Shown: in pieces, positions 11,480 to 23,728 of the stretch
How positions within the stretch are numbered: position 1 is the stretch's first letter
How the letters are laid out: each line of letters starts with the position of its first letter
DNA from: Antechinus flavipes
Taxonomy: Eukaryota
NCBI RefSeq assembly: GCF_016432865.1
Contig: NC_067403.1
Location: 250,418,001-250,482,000 of the forward strand
Direction: 5' to 3'
DNA: 64,000 nt
Position numbers and translations under genes: made by a program
The notes under the pieces: model-generated
What the model saw: the letters and a program-made list of their open reading frames with translations, nothing else
Databases searched by the model: none
Told to the model about the DNA's origin: nothing

Positions 11480-11737
11480 AGGACAGTTAGGTGGTACAGT
11501 GAGTAGAGTGTTGGGCAGAGTCAGGGGACTCATCTTGTTGAATTTGAATCTGGTCTCAGACAGTCACTAGCTGTGTGACCCTAGGCAAGATACTTAATCT
11601 TGTTTGACTCATTTTCCTTATCTGCAAAATGAACTGGAGAAAAAAATGGCAAACCCCTCCAGTATTTCTGCCAAGAAAACCCCAAGTAGGATCACAAAAA
11701 GTGGCACATGACTGAAATGACTGAACTACAACAATAA
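11480..11737 (+). mobile_element. MAR1-type CORE-SINE, full length
   Basis: ggacagttaggtggtacagtg...gaactggagaaaaaaatggcaaac...gccaagaaaacccca...catgactgaaatgactgaactacaacaa. Confidence 0.85.
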
Positions 11738-12195
11738 CATGCCCTAAATCCTGACAAGGAGTCCCAAGGTGAAGAATGCATTATAGCCCCAACTCTTTGG
11801 GGAAATGAGTCTTGATCCCAGATTTTCTGTTTCAGGTTTTTTGTCTTTATAAAAAATGAAAGCAAAACAATTAAAAAGCAAAAGCAACAGCAAGAGCAAT
11901 AGTGGTAGCAACAACCAACCCATGCTTATCAAAAAGCAAAGGTAATGCTTTCAGTTTCAGTTGACTAAAGGATACCTAGAGTTACTACAAAGGGTCTTTC
12001 TCCTTTTCAGATACATTCTCAAGGACAGAGGAAAGAACTATTTTCACATAAGGGTGAGGGGGAGGATCTATTCTTTCCTCATCTCAATAGAGAAACCCTT
12101 TCTAAAAACCCTAAGATCTAAATCTCCACATTCAATAATTTACTCTAAGAGTACATCATTCAGGGGATCTTGAATAAAAAGTGCACTGATCCTAC

Positions 12196-12296
12196 CTGGA
12201 ACTTCTCCCAGGATTACAGAGTCCTTAGTCAGAAGCTTCTTCTTGCAGCCTTAATACATTTCTGAGTCATATGTCTTTGATTGTCACTGAACTAGT
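12196..12296 (-). other. Candidate non-coding 5' exon of the MS4A-like gene
   Basis: Acceptor ttctttcttgtcccag and donor CAG|GTAGGA enclose 101 nt, about 1.8 kb upstream of coding exon 1. Supported by splice signals only. Confidence 0.3.
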
Positions 12297-12699
12297 CTGG
12301 GACAAGAAAGAACTGTTGTCATGGGTCCCAAAGTTCACCCTTGTGATGGGCTATTGTCATGTGTTAATGCATATCATGTGGATGATTATCTGGAGAAATC
12401 ACCACTGATCAGATCATAAAAATTAAGTAATTTTCACTCTCTATCCTCTTCTTTACCCCTTTATCTCAGAACAAAGGTTGAGTGGGGTGGGGTGGTCTAT
12501 GGAAATGAGAAAAGTGAAGTGACCTAATTGTGGTAAAGTGCCAACCATGCTTATCATTTGAGAATAACAGTCAAATAGCATGAACTATCCTTCATAGGGT
12601 ATCTTCAGATGGCAGGTTGCTGATCTCTCATGAGTGGAGGATAAAGGTATTCCTAAAGTTGCTAGAGGAAGTAGCTTTGTTGATCACTATTCATGGATG

Positions 12700-13100
12700 T
12701 AATGTCTATGTACGCCAATATATTATGTCTTATGTAATATATACATATTATGTATTATGTATTATATGATATATATTAGGTAAAGATATACATGTACTTA
12801 ATGATATATAGTAATACTTATATTAATGTCTTTAGTAATATTTACTTAATATATATATTATTATATGATAGAAGACTATAAATGTATGCTCTATATACAC
12901 AAATATTTATAATTACATTATATGTAAAATACATGCTTATATGATAGGGGAAGATATATGAATGTCCTATGTATTTTTTGGTTTTACTTGCTTTATTATT
13001 ATTTATTTTAATATTATATTTATTATATTTTAATATAATATTATTATATATTTAATATATAATATTATTATAATATTTAATATAATATTTATTATACTTT
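12700..13100. repeat. AT-rich low-complexity tract
   Basis: Degenerate TA/TAT repeats. Confidence 0.8.
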
Positions 13101-14589
13101 CAGCTAGTCTAGTGAAGACCAAATGGAGTCAGAAGTCCTTGATTACTTTAGCAACCATTCAATTTAAGTCTAGAGAGAGTTCAATCTTCCTGTTTTTCAG
13201 GGCATAATATCTACAATTCTACACATATGTATATATGTACACATATAATGACTCCTAACATTGGAATTCTTCTAGAGTTTCTGCCTCTGCAGAGGTTTTA
13301 TGAGTGAGGAATGCAATGGAACTTTTTTTTTTTGGGGGGGGAGGATTAAGTTTTCCCTGTATTTTGCACACAGCATGAAGAACTAAACAATTTTAAAATT
13401 AAACCTTTTTAGAACTACGGGGTCCAAATTGTTTCTATGTGGAAAAATTTCCATCTCTGTCTCTGTCTCTCTGTTTCTTTTTCTGTGTGTCTGTCTCTCT
13501 CATGCATTCATTCTTCCATACAATTTTATTATGTCAAATCATAATCATATGCTAATCATAATATCGCAAATTCAGAAAAGAATTTAATATTTATGAGCTA
13601 ATAGATGACCAGAATAAAATTAGATTTAAGTAAATGCCTAATCCACATATCTGGTGATGTTGAATCAGAGCTGTTCATAGAAAGCATCATGTCTTGGTGT
13701 AAAGGGGAGGGAATCACCAACTCTCTGATAGTATAGAAAACATGCTATTTAGTCAACTCTTTCAGTCTAGTTTGTCATGTGCTTCTTTTAAGCAAGTGGA
13801 TTTTAATATGACTTGACAGCTAAGCAAATGTTCACTGCCTGAATATGAATAATCTTGTTCATCTTCTTGGTCTGGGTAAAGAATAGTGACACATTTAAAA
13901 CAACTGAGGAAACAGGAATCTAGGGTGGAGGTTGGAGGCTGTGTAGGCTGGGGTAGTAGCTTTGGCCAAGAAAATACATGTAAGATTCCAGAAAAACATG
14001 CTCTAACATTCTAATTGGCAGAAAAAGTTCTCAATTCTTTGATCACTTGCCCCTTACATTGTATAGTTTTTATGTAAGTGCTTTTTAAAAAATGATCTTT
14101 TTAATGGCAAACTTGTCAGCCTTCTTTTCCTTTTTGTATTGAAAATATATTAAAGTATGCATATAATGTGCAGCTAACATTTATAGTTTCTTACAAAATC
14201 CTTCTACTTTTGCTTCTTAACATAATGAAATATTTGTGTTTTTTGATAAATGTTAATCTTTGTATAGAACATAAAATATTAAAGAATAAGAACCAAGGAT
14301 CTTGTGCCCTGATCATTTCTAATATAATATTTTTAAAATGAGAAAAATATAACAAAACAAAAAAATATTGACTCTCTCTGACACTTATATGACTCTTTAA
14401 GATGTGTAAAACTCTATAGCTTTTATATCACTGGATTCTCACAACAGCATATATAGTCTTAATCATCAAATTTTACAGATGAATAAGCAGAGGTGTTGAG
14501 CTGGCCAAGGTATCACAACTAGTGATAATTTCACTATTAGTCACCAGTCCATGAAGAATAAAATGAGAGGGATGACAAGTTTGCTATTG

Positions 14590-14750
14590 TTTATCTTTTG
14601 CCCTTGACCATGACATTAGGGAGGTGATGCTATGACATGCAAGTGACTTGGATTGAAGTGAGGGAGGACTGGGAAAGGACATCTACCTCACTTTTCCCTC
14701 CAGAGCCACCTGGGTCCAGTGTCAAGATATAAATCAATATAAATACCCAG
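14590..14750 (+). mobile_element. Marsupial RTE/WALLSI-related fragment
   Basis: gaccatgacattagggaggtgatgctatgacatgcaagtga..ggattg..gtgaggga...ctccagagcc..ctgggtccagtg, recognised from memory. Confidence 0.5.
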
Positions 14751-16111
14751 GCCAAATATTTAATCATACAAATATACAAGATGTGTCCAAGAGACTTACC
14801 ACCTTGGTAGTGATTAGAAAAGCCAAGATTTGCACCTGAAACGTCTGACTCCTGATCTAGAGAATATTTTGGCAAACTAAAAATACCAGTTGCCCCAATG
14901 ACATCTTCCTAAACTTATTTCCAAAGGGTATAAAATTACAATAACAAAATCCAGGTGTCTGAAGAGTTAGCAGAGAAGGAAAATGGGGAAAATGTTAAGT
15001 AAGAATAATTTGAAAGCCATGCCTTCTTTTCCTGGAAATCCTCAAACTTCTCTTAAACTTCAGATTCTGAGAGAAGACCAACCAAGGAGATCCTCAGCTG
15101 GGATCACAGTCAAGAAAAATGATCTGAACTCTTGAATTCTGGATATAACTACATAACAGAAAAAAAGTGTTGTCATTCATTTAATAAAAGAAATCTAATT
15201 GTTGATATTTTCTCATGACTAATTCATATTACTTCATTAAACTTCATAATTGGGATATGCTTGATAAAAGAACAATTATTAATTATAGAGATTTATGGTC
15301 ATATTTCTCATATGGAATTCCAGAATGGAAAATGCTTAATGGATTCAGCTCTTTTTAGCAATGAAATGTCTCTAGAATTTCTAAATCAGAATTTTTTTTC
15401 CCCAAAACAAAATCAATCAAACAAAAGCTTAACTCATGAAGAGGTAAAGGTACAGCCCTTGACTATTTTTATCCTTCACAGGGATAGATGAAATAGATTA
15501 CCTCCAAAACTCTGTTTCTCCATTTTAGTTCCATCTTCTGAGACAGACAGCTGTTCTTCTTTCCCAAAGGCTTGGATAGGGTAATGAAAGGGTGCCTTAA
15601 CATCAAAACTTTCCTCATCTCGTGAAAAAAGTCTGAAACTTCAAAGCCCATAATATACCCTCAAAACATTAAATAAAATTATATAAAATTCAAAGACAAC
15701 AAAGATAAAAATTAGACATTCTTATCTGGAGCTCTTCTTAGGAGTGCAGAAAATTAGGAATTGGGAATCATTAGCATATATTTCCCCTTTCTTTCCTAAT
15801 ACATTTCTGTATTACTTATTTTTAATAGTCACTGACTTGACATGAAAAATTATAAACCTGTTACCATGCCCCAAGTGGCCTGTATATCCTTCAGATAGAC
15901 TGGTACAATGTGGTAAGACATGGGACATTAATGATTATCTAGACCAACATCATTTATCAGGTAACATGATGTAAGCACTTTTCACTCTCCATTGGCTCCC
16001 CTGTCTCTTTTAACTTGGGGCTAGGAACAATGTGACATCATAAAGATATGGTACTCCCATCACACTGGGGATACCTGGGATGGAGAATTCTTTAAATGCA
16101 GGAGCACCTTT

Positions 16112-16303
16112 CAGGGGTCCTCAAACTACGGCCCTCTGGCCAGATGAGGCAGCTGAGGACATTTATCCCCCTCCCCCAGGGCTATGAAATTTCTTTATTT
16201 AAAGGACCACAAAATAAAGTTTTTGTTTTTACTATAGTCCGGCCCTCCAACAGTCTAAGGGACAGTGAACTGACCTCCTATTTAAAAAGTTTGAGGACCC
16301 CTG
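16112..16303 (+). mobile_element. Non-autonomous hAT (Charlie/OC1-like) MITE, 192 bp
   Basis: Perfect 16-bp TIRs: CAGGGGTCCTCAAACT (16112-16127) and AGTTTGAGGACCCCTG (16288-16303). No intact 8-bp TSD. Confidence 0.9.
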
Positions 16304-17233
16304 CGAGATAATCCAATTTGCCACAACCACCTCCCACACAACTTCTCCTTTTTCCTCGTATCGCTCCCCACTCACTGCCTTTCTGACCTTTCCATGGTGT
16401 CATGATGTGGGAAGAATGAGACATTTTGGAGATCTGGTCAGCTCATCAAATAAGATTTTACTAGGATCATTTCCCAATTCACTCTTGTTTTATCTTATCT
16501 GCTCTGGTACTGCTTCTATTTGGGAAATTTTAGGGTTAGAAAAGTTGGAAGTTCTTTTGTTTTTAGTCCCCATCCCATGACACTCCCTGGCTACTCCCAC
16601 CCCCAATTTCTGCAAGAGTTTTAACTTTTACTCCATTTTGCTTAATTATCCTACTGCAGTTGAATTTAGGGGAAATAAACTAAAATTTTTCACTGTTAAT
16701 TCTTCCATCCATTTTACTTTTCATCATTGAACCCTGGGGCTCTGATTAGTGGGAACATACAAATAAACAAATTCAAATACAATTTGGAAGGATGACTCTA
16801 GTTGCTAAGCTTTAAACTTCACTGCCAGCCATCCTTGGCAATGTGGAACTTGGAGAATGGGAACTAATTGAAAGTATGCTTTTGGTTTTTGCCAAAAATA
16901 AAAGATTGACTTTATAAAAATCGCATGGGACAAAGATGTAATTAAAAGTAGCCATTTTCAATGTTTAGATATTTCATGCAGAGATTAGTGTATATATTTT
17001 TAAAAATAAGTAAATGTTATTTTCTTTAGTTTGATGAGTAAAAAATAATGACTTTTATGATCAATTAATAAATACTCAACTTTAATCAATAAAGTTCTTT
17101 TGGTATATGCTTAATGAAATGTATTCTGCATACCTAAGACCTATGTTCAAGGGTTTTCATTGTCAGAGCCTGTTTCTCTCTCTCCTCTTCCTCCCTCCTC
17201 TTCCTCCCTCTTCTTCCTTCCTTCACCACCCTT

Positions 17234-17387
17234 NNNNNNNNNNNNNNNNNNNNNNNNNNNNNNNNNNNNNNNNNNNNNNNNNNNNNNNNNNNNNNNNNNN
17301 NNNNNNNNNNNNNNNNNNNNNNNNNNNNNNNNNNNNNNNNNNNNNNNNNNNNNNNNNNNNNNNNNNNNNNNNNNNNNNNNNNNNNNN
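17234..17387. other. Assembly gap (154 N)
   Basis: Run of N after a CT-rich tract. Confidence 1.
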
Positions 17388-18867
17388 CCTGGAAATCAGG
17401 AAATAAAATTCTGATGATTAAAAAAATGAGATCTGAGCAGAACAGCAATGAAAGAGAAGTTATTCCCTTTTTGGAAATTTACAATGCATTTGGAATCATA
17501 AAGGAGGTGAAGGCAACATCTAGGGTAATGAGGTATGCAAAAGGGAGGAAAAGAACATTTAATGAAAAAATACACTTGCCTGGATTGAAGAGCTTAATAG
17601 TATGCGGCAGTGGACAATGCATTTAGGGACATGGTCTTAACAAGTCTAAAGGGAAAACTATATTTAGCTTTCTATGAAAGATACTATTGACTGGCTCATT
17701 CTCAGGAGAAGAATCAGAGTCCATAGCAACCACAAATATTTTATTCACCTGGGCTCTACTGGGAGCAAAAAGGACGCTAGATGATATATTTCCATCTTCT
17801 GAAAATCACACAGGCCTTCCTAAATAAATCAGTAGTTAAGTCACAACCAGTCACAGGTTTTTTAGCTTCTACACCTAACCTCTGAGTCTCTAAAAGAGCA
17901 TTCTCAAAAGAGCTAAACTTTGGATCATGTCTAAAACCAGAGTTGTGAAAATAACAGCAAATAGAACACATTCTGGAGATGAGAAACTTCAGAATTTATA
18001 ATCCAGGTATATTATCTTTTTATTACTGACTTATAAGTTCTTTCAGTTGGTTAATGTGTACGGTCAACTCATAACTTTGACAGATGGATAAGTGAAAGAT
18101 AGATCAAGAAAGGTAGGAAGGAAAGAAGGAAAAAATAAAAGAAGGAAGGAAGGAAGAGGAAATGGGAAAATGGATTGCTTCAATAAATAGTGGGATTTTG
18201 GTCATTAGAAATATAGGATCTTGTTATCTAGGATCTTGTAGAGGGGGTTCCCATTTAGATTGAGAGACTTTCTGAAATCTTTTCTAGCTATAAGATTCTG
18301 TTAATTATCATCATATCATCTAAATAAGTTTTAAAACTTGGTTAAAATGTGGATAGATAGATTGTTGATGATGATGATAGGTAGATGATAGATATTTAGA
18401 TAAAAAGATGATAGAAGAAAGAATGGATGAATAGATAGACATTAGGTATTGACAATAAGAAAAATAGATGGATAAAAAGACAGACAGACATGGAGAAAGA
18501 TGCAGATAGACATACAGCCAGAGAGATAGACAAAGGAATACAGAAACAGAGAGTGGAAGAGAAAGAACATTTAAAGAAGGAAAGAGCACATACTAGGAGC
18601 CAAACACTATATTATAAGTCATCAGCTTCCAGAGGGGAAATATAACTTAGTAAATAGTATGATGATCTTGGGTTACATCCTACTGTCTCTGTTTACTATC
18701 TGATCACGTACTAATTTTATGAACCAAAGATTTCTCATCAGTAAAATGTGAAAGTACACTGAACAGATGTTAATGTGTGAAAAGGCTTTGAATAATAATA
18801 GGTGTTAGACACATGAAAATTTAATATTATTATTACAACAACAGCCACAATAAAAATACTTGCCTTT

Positions 18868-19095
18868 TATAGAGCTGCTACTACATGCCAGGAAATGTTC
18901 TAAGCATTTAAAAAATTTTTTTAGTCCTCACAAGAACCTTGAAAGGCAGATACTATTCTTATCTTCATTATACAGTTGAGGGAAGTTAGACACAAGTTAC
19001 ATGACTTGTACAGGGTTACATAGCCAGTGAGTGTTTGAGATCAAATTTGAACTCTGGTCTTCTAGACTCCAGACCCAGCTACCTATTCACTTAGC
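18868..19095 (-). mobile_element. MIR-like CORE-SINE
   Basis: cctcacaagaacc...attatacagttgagggaa...catgacttgtacagggttacatagc...tttgaactc. Confidence 0.7.
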
Positions 19096-19869
19096 TTCCT
19101 ATTACTATTCCTATCATCATCATTACCTTATTCACATCTTTTTTTGTTAAGTTTTCATAGAAATGGTCCAAGGACAAGCCATAGGCCTGCAATTATTCTT
19201 TCATATTTAATATTCTGCATCCTCTTGAGGAAACACATAAAAGGATGCTTTTTGCTTCAATAAGAATATTGATGTAACCTCATCTTCTTAGACTCATTGA
19301 AAGCAACTGTGAAATAATTTCAGGAGCTGTGAGAATGATAGAGAGCTTTTTTTTTCTTCCCAGGTTTTTGTTTCATTTCTTCCATTAGGTCATTACATTT
19401 TGAAAGTTTTTATCATATATGGTTTGGAGGTTAAGGACATTTGGTGAAACACTATTAAAATTATTGTTCATATATTTTGTAAAGATCAATATCATGTCCA
19501 GGGTGTAGGCAATCAAGAGTCAGAAATGATGCTCAAGTTCCAGCAGAACTTGTATATTGAATTCTCTACACATTTGTGGGTTTATATTTATAGGTTGGGG
19601 ACTGTTGTCTGTTAGTTTATAAAGGACAGTAAACTTCTCATGTAGAGCTCAAGATCATGTTTTAATTAGTATTTGGCAGAAGGAAAATGTTGAAACCTGC
19701 AGTAAATGTTGCACACTTTTTGTCACTTCATTGCATAATCTGCATTTATCAATAAATTCAAACCACCCATTTGATAATAACTCTTTTCTAATGTCTTTCA
19801 AAATCACTATCATAGACCTTTTCATTTCTCTAGCCAAAATTTCATGATAATATTCATTGTTGTGACTTT

Positions 19870-20045
19870 TTTCTTTCCTTCCTTCTTTCTTCTCTCCCTC
19901 CTTCCCTCCTTCTTTCTCATCTTCCCTCCTTTTTTCCCTCCCATCCTCTCTCCTTCTTCCCTTCTCTCCCTTTTTTCCCTCCTTGGCTTCCTTCCTTCGT
20001 TCCTTCCTGCCTTCCTTCTCCCCTTCCTGCCCTCCTTCCTAGTCC
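19870..20045. repeat. Degenerate (CCTT)n/(CT)n low-complexity tract
   Basis: Seen directly. Confidence 0.85.
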
Positions 20046-22204
20046 TTCTGAATGATTTTGATGGAGTTCAGCTGAAATCAATTACGAATCTATGTTGTAT
20101 GGACTATTGCAGAGGTGAATATAATAACTGCTTTTTCTAATCGAATAAAAGTGTTATTATTGTTATAGGATATTAAACATAATCATAAAGCATATATCTA
20201 TGATTATATAACATACCCAAAGATGACATGCTCTTTTGTTTAAAATTGCTTCAGGTCTTAACTTCATGAATTTGACATGGGTCCTCATTAGCTTACATAT
20301 ATCAGTTCAGAAAAAAAGAGGAAAATTAACTTCAATCAATCAAGTGTATAAAGAGCTAGTTTCAAAGCCAAGAAGACCAGGTTGTAAAACCCTGCAGACA
20401 GCTCTGATATATAATGACTGTATAACCAGCTTTTTATGAGTCTTAATTTCAGAGAAGGTGCTAATCTGCATCAATAGAGGAAATTTCCCATACCAATGAA
20501 GTCACATGTCTAATCTCTTTAATTATGATAAGTGCTATTTTGACAAAAGTTCTGAGGAAGTGTATGAAGAAACAATATGGACTCAGTCAGAAAGATTTAG
20601 ATTTATTTGCTTTACAGTTTTTGTGGAGTAAATCTCTAGTTTTTCTAAACCTCAGTTTCCTTGTCTGTAAAATGGGGATAATAATATCTGGTGGCTAAAT
20701 CTTTCTTGTCCTAGGACCAATAGTATAAAAAGCATTTTTTTCTTCTCCAAAAGTAAGTTCAATCAAAAAGTTAATTGAAATTAAAATGAATTTAAAACAT
20801 AATGCTTCATTTAAAAGCTAGTGGCAGTCATCCTCTAGAGGGCACAGCCTAAAGGAAATCTAACACATTTCATATAATTATGATACAAACTAATTAAAAT
20901 CTATTTATAGTTGTAGTTTTCTAGTATATGAATATATATGATATATAAACACCTATATGTGATTATATATATTTATAAATATAAATATATATAGATCTAT
21001 CTATCTCTCTATCTTCATATATGTTTATTGTCTCTCCTAATCAGAATTTAATCTCCTTGAAGGAAGATAATATTATTTTACTTTTATCCTTAAATCTCCA
21101 CTGCCTGTAAAATTGGTATCACTTATTGTTTGTTGATTGATTTAACTCTTTGGAATTCATAGGGTACTATTGTGAAAAGGACTATATATCAAGGAACATA
21201 TTTGAGTGCTATTGCTGGCACGAGCATTAACTCAATAGTGTATTGGTTTTCCCTTTATTTCTCTATAAACCCAATAGGAATTTATTGCATCTACTATATG
21301 CTAAATAATGGGCTGCTCTTGTTTATAGAGAATTTTTCAAAACACTTTGCTAAGGGTCATCCCTTGAGATCTGTATTATTATTATGAGTTCTATTTTACA
21401 TTGAGGAAACAGAACTTCTAGGAAGTTCTATGACTTACCCCATAAAACAAAGAGAGGAGTTCACTCTGTATCTTGTCCACAGTCCAGTTCTCAATCACTA
21501 CTCCATGCTGACTTTCAGATATCTAAATTAAACTAGATTATATCTAATTTTTTCCCCAGTTAAAAAAAATTTCTCTGAAAAATCCCTGCTTATAACAAAC
21601 TTGTCCACCAACACATTTATTACCTGACAAATATCTGATTTAACTTGTTTCTTGACTGTCAGTACAATTGATGCTTAATAAACTTGACCGTCAGCAAGAT
21701 TTTATTATATTCAATTCAATTCAACAAATATTTTAATGACCTAGTATGTTTAAGAAAAGCCTTAGAAATTAGAGAGAGTATGTAATATGGAAAAGAGTTC
21801 CCAATGGCTAATAATGGCTTATATTTCTAGTTCTTCTATTATGAAATTGTGTCAGGATATTTGTATGAGGTACATCACCAATCTGGAAATTGAAATTCTT
21901 AGTTGAGGTTGTCTCCAAAGTGTCTTTTAGGCTTAAAGTTCTATATTTGTTGTATTATTTATTGATAAAAACAGTTTCTTATCCATATAATTAAAGATGA
22001 TATGTTTTATTTCCAAATTATAAAAATTGTTCTTGGATAAAGAGGAAAGAATAAACTCCTAGATAGTTCAGCCCCCATAGTGAAGTGACTTATCATAGAC
22101 AATCACAGCTATGTCTTAGTATAATTTCTTATTCTCTCTTGTTGTTTCCAAATCATTGTAAATTCCTTTATTGCTTCTGTTATTTCTGCCTCTTTATGAC
22201 CCAG

Positions 22205-22400
22205 TTGGGTTTTCTTGGCAAAGATACTGGAGTGGGTTAGCTATTTCCTTCACCAGATCATTTTACTGATGAGAAAACTGAGGCAAACGGGACTAAATGA
22301 CTTGTCCAAGTTATGCTAATAGTAACTGTCTGAGGATGGATTTGAACTCAGTTTTTCCTGATTCCTGGCTTGTCACTATCTACTGGATCATTTAGCTGCC
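22205..22400 (-). mobile_element. MAR1-type CORE-SINE
   Basis: gggttttcttggcaaagatactggagtgg...gagaaaactgaggcaaac...ggatttgaactcag...tagctgcc. Confidence 0.8.
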
Positions 22401-22777
22401 ATCCAGGAAACTCAACTTCTTAAGATGCTCAGCATTTTCTCCACATGTTTATTTTTTATTTTTCTGGCTTGTCACTGCTCTCAGTTTTGTGCTGGATAAA
22501 GCTGCTCCCATTTGTCACCATCCTCATTATGGCATGTATAATTTATGATGGCAGCTAGCTCATGATACTCCTCTAAGTCAGAAAGTAACACATTTATTCT
22601 TTTAATTTGCAGGCCTTATTCTGCAGACACCGAGATATCTAGATTCAATGGAATAAACTTATTGTCATGGTTATTTTATGTGCATAGGTATTTCACTTTT
22701 CTGCATCTATTTCTCACTTTCTATCCTCTACTTACATTGTCCTTTGGTTCTAGACAAATGAAAGCACCTCAGAGGCT

Positions 22778-23728
22778 ATGGTCAACTCCACTGTCATCAC
22801 TGAATTCCTCCTCATGGAATATTCCAATATACGGAAGATACAGATATTACACGCTGTGCTGTTCCTGCTGATTTATCTGATAGCTCTGATGGGGAATCTC
22901 CTCACTATCACTGCTATTGCCACTGACCCACACCTTCACTCTCCAATGTACTTTTTTCTGAGTAATTTATCCTTGTTGGATGTTGGTTTTATCTCAGTGA
23001 CTCTTCCCAAATTCATTGTGAATTCTCTGATTGGAAGCCGATCCATCTCTCTCTTGGGCTGCATGGCCCAGATTTTTCTCTTTATATTCTTTGGTTCAAC
23101 AGAAATTGCTTTACTCATAACCATGTCTTATGACCGATTTGTTGCCATTTGTCATCCACTGCATTATGGGATGACCATGACACCAGCCAGGTGTCTCTGG
23201 GCAACAGCAGGCTCATGGCTTTGTGGATTCATCTATGCTGCTATACACACAGGGAACATGTTCCGATTACCCTTCTTAGGATCCAATGAAATCCACCAGT
23301 ATTTCTGTGATATTCCTGATGTCTTAAGGATCGCATCATCTGATGTTCTGCATACTGAGTTTGTTCTGCTTGTGGCAGGGTCAGGTTTTTCTTTATTCTG
23401 CTTGGTTTTTTTATTTGTGTCCTATGCCCATATTTTCTCTAGTGTGTTCAAGATACCCTCTGTTGAAGGTCGGTATAAAGCCTTATCTACCTGCACTCCC
23501 CAGCTGATTATCTTCCTCTTATTTCTCCTTACGGCAATTTTTGCAGCCCTGAAACCCCCATCAGATTCGACAATTCAAAATCTTTTTGTGGCAATGTCCT
23601 ATACAATAGTCCCTCCATTTATTAATCCCATTATTTATAGCTTGAGGAACCAGAGGATCAAGGTTGCACTGAGTAGAATAATTAAGCAAATCTTTCTACC
23701 AAAGAAGAGAATGTTCATCCTAGAGTAA
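22778..23728 (+). CDS. Olfactory receptor (class II, OR14-like), intact, 316 aa (OR-1)
   Basis: Single-exon 7-TM ORF with N-glycosylation site NST, LHSPMYFFLSNLS, MSYDRFVAICHPLHY, HQYFCD, KALSTC, PPFINPIIYSLRN. HTGNMFRLPF and STCxP suggest family 14. Confidence 0.96.
   Translation: MVNSTVITEFLLMEYSNIRKIQILHAVLFLLIYLIALMGNLLTITAIATDPHLHSPMYFFLSNLSLLDVGFISVTLPKFIVNSLIGSRSISLLGCMAQIFLFIFFGSTEIALLITMSYDRFVAICHPLHYGMTMTPARCLWATAGSWLCGFIYAAIHTGNMFRLPFLGSNEIHQYFCDIPDVLRIASSDVLHTEFVLLVAGSGFSLFCLVFLFVSYAHIFSSVFKIPSVEGRYKALSTCTPQLIIFLLFLLTAIFAALKPPSDSTIQNLFVAMSYTIVPPFINPIIYSLRNQRIKVALSRIIKQIFLPKKRMFILE

Noticed and set aside
14093-14110. H/P-element-like homeodomain motif (ctttttaatgg)
   Set aside because: Only a partial match to AACTTTTTAATGA, which is expected by chance in AT-rich DNA, with no paired EBF site seen.
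15502-15632. Protein-like open minus-strand segment (RDEESFDVKAPFHYPIQAFG...) between AG and GT
   Set aside because: Weak polypyrimidine tract, no recognisable family, and its phase-1 end does not fit MS4A exon 1. It would need RNA evidence.
17107-17448. ORFs spanning N gaps (also 57439-57670)
   Set aside because: Artefacts of translating through N.
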